From Octopus sinensis (Eukaryota), in the NCBI RefSeq assembly GCF_006345805.1, contig NC_043004.1, forward strand, positions 59,396,001 to 59,460,000: DNA of 64,000 nt. Reading direction: 5' to 3'. Below are positions 53,321 through 64,000 of the stretch, piece after piece; the first letter of the stretch is position 1; every line of letters begins with the position of its first letter. Both the position numbers and the translations under genes were made by a program. Below the pieces are notes generated by a model. The model searched no databases. It saw only the letters and a program-made list of their open reading frames with translations, and had not been told where the DNA came from.

Positions 53321-53727
53321 GTATGTATATGTACTAGGAAGGATAGATGAATAATTAGATATGTACAGCTAAATCGGTGAGGAACATGGAAATAACATCA
53401 AGCGACATATCTAAATGAATTCCTAATATATTCTAAATTTTCCGGATGCGATAGTATTCCCAGCAGTCCGACGTTTATGGAAGTATGTTATTTATCAGTA
53501 ATGCCATTTAAATGGTTATGTTTAAAAAACTCATAGGCGGATTTTACTGTTTGTACAGAACTTGCTCCAAGAGTCAAAGATATACTGACATGGTGAATAG
53601 ATGAAGAAGACAAACTCTATATTTACTTTCAAAAGACTGCGAGAGTTCCCGAAATTATATTTAAAACTGGTATTTACAGTTGCTATAAAAGAACAATTTG
53701 TGTAATTATAATAATTAACAATTTGCA

Positions 53728-53776
<49 letters not shown>

Positions 53777-54690
53777 TGCAAATTGTTAATAATATTCTCC
53801 TCTAGTTCCTAGATGCCTGCTGATTAAAACCAGACTTGCAGTCTACTAGCTCTTCTGTATAACTAGAACCCTCTTTTTTTCTTTTTCCTTTTTTTCCCTT
53901 CTTTCCCTATTTCTTTCTCTTTTCTCTTTTTTCTTTTTCTTCTTCTTATTCTCTGTTTCCTTTTCTCTTCTCTTTTAGTCCCCCTTCCCCCCCCCTTTTT
54001 GCTCCCTCCATTATTTTCTCTCTTTTCTTCTATTCCCTTCTCTATTCTTGGCCGATCTAGAAAGCCCTTCAGCCTTTAAGAGTTAAATAGCTACAGCCTC
54101 TTGTGAATAGCAGTAATGTGATTAATGTGGCAAATACCTAATCGTATAACAAGGATTGATACCTACCTCATTGTGTTCAACCATTGTAAAATTTATCGCC
54201 TGTGAATATGAAATTCATCTCCATTTCTCTGGAAATTTACATCTACACCATTGGAATCTGTGCATCTATACAAAGGATTAATTCACCCTCTCTGTAATGC
54301 TAATAAGCAGGAATTGAGACCCACCTCGTTGTAATTAACAATGGATAAATTTGTCTTCTGTGAGTATATAATCCCTCATAATATCTATGGAAATTCATAT
54401 GGATTAGGTCACCTTCTCTGTGATGCTATCAAAACTTTTTTAAAATTCTGTGATAAGACTGTACATCATCTTTAAAGAACTTTAATGAACTTTAGAAATC
54501 TGTTTAATTATCTACATTATTTCATGAGTATAGCCTCAAATACTAGGATGTCTAGAGAACTTACATGTATTTTAGCTGATGAGTACGGGACTCGTTTTTA
54601 TGCTGTAATCTTTGCAACTTTTAATAAAACCTGTCCTTGTATGAAACGATCGTACTAAAAACCTATCCATTCTTGTTGCTTCTTTCTCGC

Positions 54691-54770
<80 letters not shown>

Positions 54771-54850
54771 GTATGTATATATGTATATATATATACATAT
54801 ATACATACATACACACATATATATATATATATGTATGTATATATGTATAT

Positions 54851-54885
54851 ACTAGCTGATGTACCTGGTAATTCCCAGGAAAGCA
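54851..54885 (-). mobile_element. Helitron 3' terminus
   Basis: minus: cctgg-gaatta-ccagg hairpin, tacatcag, CTAG-T. Confidence 0.5.
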
Positions 54886-55429
54886 GGGCTTATCCTTTGG
54901 TTCCGTCCTCATAATTGTTTCGCTGATCCAGTGACAACAATAGAAAGTATGTAGCGTTTAAAACGGTTTTTGTGCATTTACAGAGGATACCGAACTGCCT
55001 TACACAGGATCTTGTTTTTCGGAATTCCAAAACTGTGAAGTCAGTTATGTAAAAACATGAAATTAGTTGCCTAATAGTAAGAACTCAAATGAAGTAGCCC
55101 CAAAAAGGGCTTTAATACGTGTGCAGAGTATATAGAACTTTGGCGGAAATGTTAATAAGGTATGTATAATAAAATCTTGAAACATGTTACATAATAACAG
55201 GCTAATCAGGTATGACTTAATAACAATTTAAAGTGAATAACTCTGAAAAGGGCTTTTGAGTATTCCTTGAGAATATTAGACTCAGCGGCGCTAGTGTTGG
55301 TATATTTGTGAATAAGTCACTAACCGAAATAAGTGGATCTATTGTTTAGGGAAATACTATTTACTTGATTACTATACAGATAGTATTTTCCACATATGTA
55401 GCAGATAAAAGTGTAGAAAAAGCCTTTGG

Positions 55430-55748
55430 TCATGAATGACCATGGGATTACACTTAGAAAGTTCCCCTCTAAGGAGCAAGTCTGAGTAAGGTATTTTATG
55501 GAAGACAAGCAGCCGCCCATGCATACCAGCCTCCCCTCTCCATGTCAACGATGTTATAGAAAGAGTAGGCAAAACCCGATTCAACTTGGCACCAGTGATG
55601 TCGCAACTCATTTCTTCAACATTGTGGACTGGAGCAACGTGTAAAAAAGTGTCTCACTCAAGGACACAAAACACAGCGCTGTGATGGAATCGAAGTCAGT
55701 ACGTCATGATTGTCAGTCCGACGCTCTAACAACTCAGCCATGCCCCTA
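55430..55748 (-). mobile_element. family-E SINE with the tail also seen at 21990-22180
   Basis: minus: tRNA-like head, gtgtccttgagtgagacactt core, ttgctccagtccac. Confidence 0.7.
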
Positions 55749-56774
55749 CATATTTTTATATTCTTAAATCTGTGTGAAGCGGCGATTCATCAGCGAATAT
55801 CTTTGGAGAAAAGTTTTAGCATCATATATGTAAAAATGCTGATTAGTATGGAAGACTTATACCTATCCATCCACCCTTCACCTCTGCCCACTATTCCTGG
55901 GATAGTCTTCAGGCGCTTCCCCCACAGTGTCGTAACAAAACCTATTGTCATTACACTCTCCGACTAGATTCCTTGGGTATCTTCATGGTTGGCTCGGCTT
56001 CAACAATCCCACTTTCTATTTATTCTGTATGGATTGTTTACGATGTAAATGGAATAACCAAGTGCATTGAAGCACCCAGTGAATGAGAGGGTTTGTTAGA
56101 ATCTTTAAGGGCTGTAATTGTGGGAGAAACCTTGTGGAACGTTCGTGATATCGGCTTCTTTGCTTATCTTATTAATTTCTTTTCAAGTTTGAATTTATTT
56201 TGAAAGGATTTTAATCTGTAGAATTGTGTTGAAATCAATATATTGTTACATTTGGGAAGAGATATAATTAATAAAACCCAGAAACGCCTTCACGGGTTGT
56301 TTGCGTATAATTCGATTTTTTCTTTAAATTTAAAACGTCATGTTTTTATGTCGCCATAAACATTTTTCACGGCATCAATTCCAAACTATAATTTTCCCAG
56401 TTGGTATACAATCTTTCGTTTATACGTTTGGCATTTAGCCACACACAGACACACACACTCTCACACACACACACACATACACACACAGGCATTTATATTC
56501 TGAAGGTATCAACGTCAAAATTATTACGTAAACAAAAACGTCATCAAATCACACGCTTGCAGTCATGGAGATGTTATAGCATAATGCAACGATATAAGCT
56601 AAAGACAGAGCATTTAAATAAAGAGAAATGTATACGCATTGAGAAAAGTGCTGATTTACGGACGAAATTATTTCCAGTGATATTAAAATAAAACATCAAC
56701 TATTTTGAATAAGGAAAATAAGTGAAATACACACAAACGGTGAGATTTTCTTGGCTTCATTATTTCCGAAATAG

Positions 56775-56842
<68 letters not shown>

Positions 56843-57073
56843 TAATCAATATAGGGTGGCAAAAAAAAAAAAAAATTTGTAGAATTTTTTTGCCACCAGC
56901 GGCCTAGTGGGAAAAAATTAAATAGTCAAAGACCATTTTTAAGTTCAACATCAACAATCAAGGAACGGCCATAATAGGCCATTCACCCACTAGAAATAAC
57001 AGCCAAAGCTTCAACCGCAAATAAAAATCAATTCCGTAAACCAGGAGAAAATTTAAAAAACATTTACCCTGTA

Positions 57074-57180
57074 ATTTCTTATACGATGCACCGTTTCATC
57101 TGCTGTTTAATGGTAAACTAACCTGATTAAATTAAATCAAGCCAATCTTCCATAGGCCCTCAGATTCTTCAGTAAGAAAT
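57074..57180 (-). ncRNA. type I hammerhead ribozyme (inverted unit)
   Basis: reverse complement of the plus-strand motif described at 58051-58157. Confidence 0.8.
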
Positions 57181-57559
57181 AGCCCAAGTCGGAACAGATA
57201 TTTTCACGAGGCATTTCCGACCCTGCCAAGGTAATAGCTGACCTAAAATTTTCAAATCATCGCACTCGCGCCAAATTTATCGGCAGCAAATAAATATAAG
57301 CCGTCGATTCCATTACGGAATTAACCAGAAAATTCATAATTAATCAATATAGGGTGGCAAAAAAAATTTGTAGAATTTTTTTGCCACCAGCGGCCTAGTG
57401 GGAAAAAATTAAATAGTCAAAGACCATTTTTAAGTTCAACATCAACAATCAAGGAACGGCCATAATAGGCCATTCACCCACTAGAAATAACAGCCAAAGC
57501 TTCAACCGCAAATAAAAATCAAAAATATAAAAATAAAAATATCTGTTCCGACTTGGGCT

Positions 57560-57666
57560 ATTTCTTACTGAAGAATCTGAGGGCCTATGGAAGATTGGCT
57601 TGATTTAATTTAATCAGGTTAGTTTACCATTAAACAGCAGATGAAACGGTGCATCGTATAATAAAT
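57560..57666 (+). ncRNA. type I hammerhead ribozyme, one stem I mismatch
   Basis: as 58051-58157 but the 3' stem I strand is taataaat; predicted cut after 57658. Confidence 0.75.
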
Positions 57667-58050
57667 TACAGGGTAAATGTTTTTTAAATTTTCTCCTGGT
57701 TTACGGAATTGATTTTTATTTGCGGTTGAAGCTTTGGCTGTTATTTCTAGTGGGTGAATGGCCTATTATGGCCGTTCCTTGATTGTTGATGTCGAACTTA
57801 AAAATGGTCTTTGACTATTTAATTTTTTCCCACTAGGCCGCTGGTGGCAAAAAAATTCTACAAATTTTTTTTGCCACCCTATATTGATTAATTATGAATT
57901 TTCTGGTTAATTCCGTAATGGAATCGACGGCTTATATTTATTTGCTGCCGATAAATTTGGCGCGAGTGCGATGATTTGAAAATTTTAGGTCAGATATTAC
58001 CTTGGCAGGGTCGGAAATGCCTCGTGAAAATATCTGTTCCGACTTGGGCT

Positions 58051-58157
58051 ATTTCTTACTGAAGAATCTGAGGGCCTATGGAAGATTGGCTTGATTTAAT
58101 TTAATCAGGTTAGTTTACCATTAAACAGCAGATGAAACGGTGCATCGTATAAGAAAT
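58051..58157 (+). ncRNA. type I hammerhead ribozyme
   Basis: ATTTCTTA CTGAAGA ATCTG[58 nt]CAGAT GAA ACGG-TGCA-TCGT A TAAGAAAT; predicted cut after 58149. Confidence 0.85.
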
Positions 58158-58542
58158 TACAGGGTAAATGTTTTTTAAATTTTCTCCTGGTTTACGGAAT
58201 TGATTTTTATTTGCGGTTGAAGCTTTGGCTGTTATTTCTAGTGGGTGAATGGCCTATTATGGCCGTTCCTTGATTGTTGATGTTGAACTTAAAAATGGTC
58301 TTTGACTATTTAATTTTTTCCCACTAGGCCGCTGGTGGCAAAAAAATTCTACAAATTTTTTTTTGGCACCCTATATTGATTAATTATGAATTTTCTGGTT
58401 AATTCCGTAATGGAATCGACGGCTTATATTTATTTGCTGCCGATAAATTTGGCGCGAGTGCGATGATTTGAAAATTTTAGGTCAGATATTACCTTGGCAG
58501 GGTCGGAAATGCCTCGTGAAAATATCTGTTCCGACTTGGGCT

Positions 58543-58649
58543 ATTTCTTACTGAAGAATCTGAGGGCCTATGGAAGATTGGCTTGATTTAATTTAATCAG
58601 GTTAGTTTACCATTAAACAGCAGATGAAACGGTGCATCGTATAAGAAAT
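58543..58649 (+). ncRNA. type I hammerhead ribozyme
   Basis: same motif; predicted cut after 58641. Confidence 0.85.
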
Positions 58650-59034
58650 TACAGGGTAAATGTTTTTTAAATTTTCTCCTGGTTTACGGAATTGATTTTT
58701 ATTTGCGGTTGAAGCTTTGGCTGTTATTTCTAGTGGGTGAATGGCCTATTATGGCCGTTCCTTGATTGTTGATGTTGAACTTTAAAATGGTCTTTGACTA
58801 TTTAATTTTTTCCCACTAGGCCGCTGGTGGCAAAAAAATTCTACAAATTTTTTTTTGCCACCCTATTTTGATTAATTATGAATTTTCTGGTTAATTCCGT
58901 AATGGAATCGACGGCTTATATTTATTTGCTGCCGATAAATTTGGCGCGAGTGCGATGATTTGAAAATTTTAGGTCAGATATTACCTTGGCAGGGTCGGAA
59001 ATGCCTCGTGAAAATATCTGTTCCGACTTGGGCT

Positions 59035-59141
59035 ATTTCTTACTGAAGAATCTGAGGGCCTATGGAAGATTGGCTTGATTTAATTTAATCAGGTTAGTTT
59101 ACCATTAAACAGCAGATGAAACGGTGCATCGTATAAGAAAT
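59035..59141 (+). ncRNA. type I hammerhead ribozyme
   Basis: same motif; predicted cut after 59133. Confidence 0.85.
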
Positions 59142-59284
59142 TACAGGGTAAATGTTTTTTAAATTTTCTCCTGGTTTACGGAATTGATTTTTATTTGCGG
59201 TTGAAGCTTTGGCTGTTATTTCTAGTGGGTGAATGGCCTATTATGGCCGTTCCTTGATTGTTGATATATATATATATGTATATA

Positions 59285-59680
59285 CACTTTTACTCTTTTA
59301 CTTGTTTTAGTCATTTGACTGCGGCCATGCTGGAGCACCGCCTTTTGTCGAGCAAATCGACCCCGGGACTTATTCTTTGTAAGTCCAATACTTATTCTAT
59401 CGGTCTCTTTTGCCGAACCCCTAAGTGACGGGGACATAAACACACCAGCATCGGTTGTAAAGCAATGCTAGGGGGACAAACACAGACACACAAACACATA
59501 CACACACATACATATACATATACATATATATACATATATACGACAGGCTTCTTTCAGTCTCCGTCTACCAAATCCACTCACAAGGCATTGGTCGGCCCGG
59601 GGCTATAGCAGAAAACACTTGCCCAAGATACCACACAGTGGGACTGAACCCTGAACCATGTGGTTGGTCAGCAAGCCACA
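59285..59680 (-). mobile_element. family-B SINE
   Basis: tail, microsatellite and body; head slightly truncated. Confidence 0.9.
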
Positions 59681-60132
<452 letters not shown>

Positions 60133-60773
60133 TAATAAAGGGTTAAATGCAACAAGTTGCTCAAAACCACATACCGAAAATATTAGAAATAGCAGCCAAA
60201 ATTGGTCATTATTTCCTCTACTAGTAAAAAGTCTCCACAAACAAACAGAATTTGTAAGCTGTATATGGCAAAAAAAGGCAGAAAATAACGAAAACCCAGC
60301 CTCTGGATTAATTATAGACGACTCGTTTCTGGATTAGAACCGAAGGTTCATTTCCTTGTCAATATAATATTTCCTATAGATCTAGAAATGCTAGGGGAAA
60401 AAACTTACCCGTTACACCAGTACGATCTGCGACATCGGACGGCTTAACGGAACTGCTAGCATTCGTACATCTATACCGACATGCGAATTCATATTTCCCT
60501 CCAAAATCTACCACGTGAGCCACAAAAACATGACCCACGAAACGAAAAATTCGGAGATAACTTGTAAGGGAGCAAAAGTATTCAATATTCAATAAAGGGT
60601 GGAATATAATTAATTTAATAAAATTAATCAATTTCACCTAGTAGATTTGTCGGTATGGAAAAGACCATATTTGGTAAGGGTTATATATATATATATATAT
60701 ATATATATCCTTAAATCCTTAAAAATGTTTTAGCCCGAAGGCCGCATTTAATTGAACGCCATTTCCAAGTATA

Positions 60774-60830
<57 letters not shown>

Positions 60831-60893
60831 TTATATACATATATACATGCATGTGTGTGTGTGTGTGTGTGTGTGTGTATTCTTTTATTTTAT

Positions 60894-60925
60894 ACTAGCT
60901 GAATAGCCCGTCGTTGCAGGGCAAT
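60894..60925 (-). mobile_element. Helitron 3' terminus
   Basis: minus: gccc-tgcaacgac-gggc hairpin, tattcag, CTAG-T. Confidence 0.55.
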
Positions 60926-61479
60926 TTTTATAATAAAATATCATATATAATTTTTTGTTTATTCCATGTCAGACCATGCCTTCCCCGACAGGACAGGTTT
61001 GTGCATCTTTTCGCAAAACTGCGTCGTTGAGGATTTTTTTCTTTTTAAAGTTACGTACTTGTCTGTTCGGTCGTTTCACATGACTTATTCATTAAAACTT
61101 ATTAAGCTAAAGAAGTTCATACAACTTTGGTCGCAGTAATGCTTTGCTTTCGTTTGTTTCATAAAAATTCCTCTTCATAATGATGATTTTGAATTCATTT
61201 TGTGGTAGGCAGCTATCATGTACAAAATGCCAGCTTCCAAATCCTGTTTTCTGATTAGGTAAAAGTGATTAAACTTTAAATCACAGAAATATCTTTAAGT
61301 TTCTGGAACAGCTAAATAACAAAATCGAATTTTAGACGGGAAGTAGCAAATTTGAAACTTCTGACGTAATTTTAATCTCACACTATGGGACAGCAACAGA
61401 AAAGACCCTACAAAAGTGGAGAGAGAGACAGTTATAGGACGTGACACAGATAAACACACACGCACATACACACACAGAT

Positions 61480-61655
61480 ATATATACACACTTTTATACA
61501 ACGGGCTTTGTTCAGTTTCCGCCTACCAAATAGAATCAAAGCTTTGGTCAGCTCGAAGCTATAGCTGTCGACGACTGCCCTAAGTGCCATGCAGTGTGAC
61601 TGAGCCAGGAACCACGTTGTGGGAAGCAAACATCTTACCATACTACCACAGCTCT
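61480..61655 (-). mobile_element. degenerate family-B SINE 5' half
   Basis: diverged head/body match. Confidence 0.65.
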
Positions 61656-61859
61656 CTTAATTACAAAAAGAAATTTTGCTGCAAACTTCTCAAATATTTA
61701 CTAAAATTTTAGCTAAGTGTATAGAATAAACATTGATTGAACATATGTCAGAAATGAAAATATGATGAACCTCAGTAAAAGACTTTTGAAATGATATGTA
61801 ATGTTTGCCGAAATATTTCTTATATGTGTGTGTTTGTGAACAGCGTCAGAAGGCAGAAA

Positions 61860-62641
61860 TCAGAGAGAAAATAAATGACTGACAGAGAGAGGTGGATGGA
61901 GAGACAGAGGTGGTGAGAGAGAGGGACAAAAAATGGCCGGAGAGGAGGAAAGAGAGGAGGAAAAAGAGGGTGAGAGAGAAGACAGAGAGGGTGGAGAGGG
62001 GACAGGGAGAGAGAATATCTGAAAGGGGGAAAGTGGGTCGGGGAGTGAGGGAGATCACAGATTGATTGTGATAGAGAGGGGATAGAGAGTCAGAGAAAGA
62101 AAGAGAGTCAGAGACATAAAGAGTCAGAGAAGAAAGATAGAGAGAGTAAGAGTCAGAGAAAGAAAGAGGGTGAGGCAGAAAAAGAGACAGACATAGATGT
62201 GGAGAAAGAGCGAGAGGGGCATAGATAGATATAGAGATAGATAAATAAAAAGAGAGTGGGGATAGAGAGAAAAAAGATAAAGAGAGAGTAAGAGAAAGAG
62301 AGAGAGGGTGAGAGGGTGAGAGAAGGAGAGAGACAAAGAAAGTCGCAGATAGAGAAAAACTAAGACAAAAAGACAAGGAGAGAGACTGAAGGATATTGAG
62401 AAATATACAAAGAAAAACTGAGGGAGATAGAGAGAGAGAGATAGAGAAAAACAGAGAGACAGATCCACAGACAGAGATGGAGAGAAAGAGAGGGAGGGGG
62501 AGAGAATGAGAGAGGGAGAGAAAGACAAAGAGAATGAAAGAAAAACGAATGTATATAGGTGTATGTGTATCTGTGTATGAGAGAGAAAGAGAGAGCGAGA
62601 GCGAGTGAGTGATTGTGAGAGAGAAAAAGAAAGGGAGAGAG

Positions 62642-62682
<41 letters not shown>

Positions 62683-62700
62683 GGAAGAATTTAAGATGAT
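61860..62700. repeat. degenerate (GA)n purine-rich low-complexity tract
   Basis: direct. Confidence 0.9.
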
Positions 62701-62853
62701 GAAGAGAAAAGAAAGGAAACATTGCAGCATGACAGGCGATGCTATTTGATTGACTAAATTACTTGATCTTCAAAAGAAACAGCAACTTTAATTAAGTGGG
62801 AAGATGGATGAAGATGGAGGCTGGAGGCTGCGTAACAATTATGAATGTGTGTG

Positions 62854-62903
<50 letters not shown>

Positions 62904-63159
62904 GAGAGAGTGCTCTGTTTGAAGAGTTGGCAAAATTTAGTTGTTTTCTTTGATAATGGGTGCAGCACTTCATTCCATGATTGTGAGGTGTGGTCTTGGT
63001 GTTCAAGCAAAATCATGACAGTCGTAGAGCTGCTGAGGCCTCCGCAGCAGCAGATGCTGCTAGTGATAATGATGGAAATCTCAAAGAGGATGAAGATGGT
63101 AATAATGCTGACATTAAACAGAATGAAATCGATGAGTGTGAGTATAATGAAGGCTGTGA

Positions 63160-63186
63160 TTATTATTATCATTATTATAATTATTA

Positions 63187-63244
<58 letters not shown>

Positions 63245-63258
63245 CATTATTATTATTA

Positions 63259-63343
<85 letters not shown>

Positions 63344-63354
63344 TGTTATTATTA

Positions 63355-63399
<45 letters not shown>

Positions 63400-63443
63400 T
63401 ATTATTATTATTATTATCATCATCATCATCATTATTATTATTA
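63160..63443. repeat. (ATT)n array
   Basis: direct. Confidence 0.95.
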
Positions 63444-63632
63444 AGGCTTTGAGCTGGTGGAATACTTTGCTTTTCGTCCGCCTTTACGTTCTGAGCTCAA
63501 ATTACACCGAAGTCAACATTGCCTTTCATCCTTTCAGGGTTGGTAAATTAAATACCAGTTGCGTATTGGGGTCGAACTAATCGATCGGCCCCGCTCCTCC
63601 CCAAAATTTCAGGCCTTGTGCCTATAGAAAAA
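63444..63632 (+). mobile_element. family-A SINE (tail 2), flanked by (ATT)n
   Basis: core plus ggccttgtgcctatagaaaaaagg tail. Confidence 0.75.
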
Positions 63633-64000
63633 AGGTTTGTTATTGCTGTTATTATTGTTGTGAAAAGATGTGTGACCGAGGCAAAAATTGTTAGAGTGAA
63701 CGACATTATTCTATGCACCTGTAGACCGGAAGAGGCTCGTGCCTATGGTTGTCAGCGTAATCCGGATCTGAGGTTCCTTGATTGGCCCTAACTGGAGTTT
63801 CTCATGCACCAGGAGGTTTGTAACATTCATGTTATCCCATGCATGGTATACTAAATCTATTTTCATCGCATTCGATCGTCATTTCAATTTTTTCTCCACA
63901 TCCTTTATGTGAATCCCAAAACATATCGTTGTCTTTTCTTGTGATGTCTCCATCTCTGCCCTAGTGGATCATAGAATATCATCATCATCGTCGTCGTCAT

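Larger units (their letters stand above)
56843..59264. repeat. ~492-bp tandem array, ~1.4 inverted plus ~3.5 direct units, (TA)n flanks; putative retrozyme array
   Basis: attatgaatt recurs at 57891, 58383, 58875; left arm 56843-57521 is the reverse complement of the right-arm unit. Confidence 0.95.

Noticed and set aside
54580-54610. CTGATGA hammerhead-like core
   Set aside because: No GAAA follows the hairpin and no stem I/III
56985-57012. ctagaaataacagccaaa similarity to dispersed motifs near 2.0, 47.7 and 60.2 kb
   Set aside because: Too short and AT-rich to establish homology without a search
56843-59264. CRISPR array or rDNA/snRNA repeat interpretation
   Set aside because: Whole units are near identical with no unique spacers, and I recognise no rRNA, snRNA or tRNA sequence
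61846-62730. 294-aa Leu/Ser-rich minus-strand ORF
   Set aside because: Open only because the (TC)-rich strand lacks stop codons
62990-63580. Acidic/Tyr-rich 196-aa ORF
   Set aside because: Degenerate trinucleotide repeat running into (ATT)n and a SINE

Overview
Non-coding, AT-rich eukaryotic DNA dominated by microsatellites and transposable elements. The (TA)n, (AAT)n and (TATC)n arrays and the tRNA-derived SINE families suggest an octopus-like cephalopod; this is an inference, not a search result. No host protein-coding gene is supported, and most listed ORFs are microsatellite artefacts. Recognisable elements: two tandem near-full-length Tx1/L1-clade LINEs (33.5-45.8 kb) embedded in (TATC)n, a CR1/L2-type RT 3' fragment, degenerate RTE and R4/Dong RT remnants, many modular SINEs, Helitron/HINE ends, an old MITE and several (TA)n-flanked palindromes with Penelope-like minimal hammerhead motifs. 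The top finding is a (TA)n-flanked array of a ~492-bp unit (56.8-59.3 kb). Each complete unit carries a type I hammerhead ribozyme fold: 8-bp stem I, CUGAAGA/GAAA core, GUA cleavage triplet and a long stem II. This is the architecture of a retrozyme or viroid-like circRNA element, and part of the array is inverted. Two SINE-LINE 3'-tail partnerships are also visible. All structures and alignments were read by eye, and the boundaries of degenerate elements are approximate.
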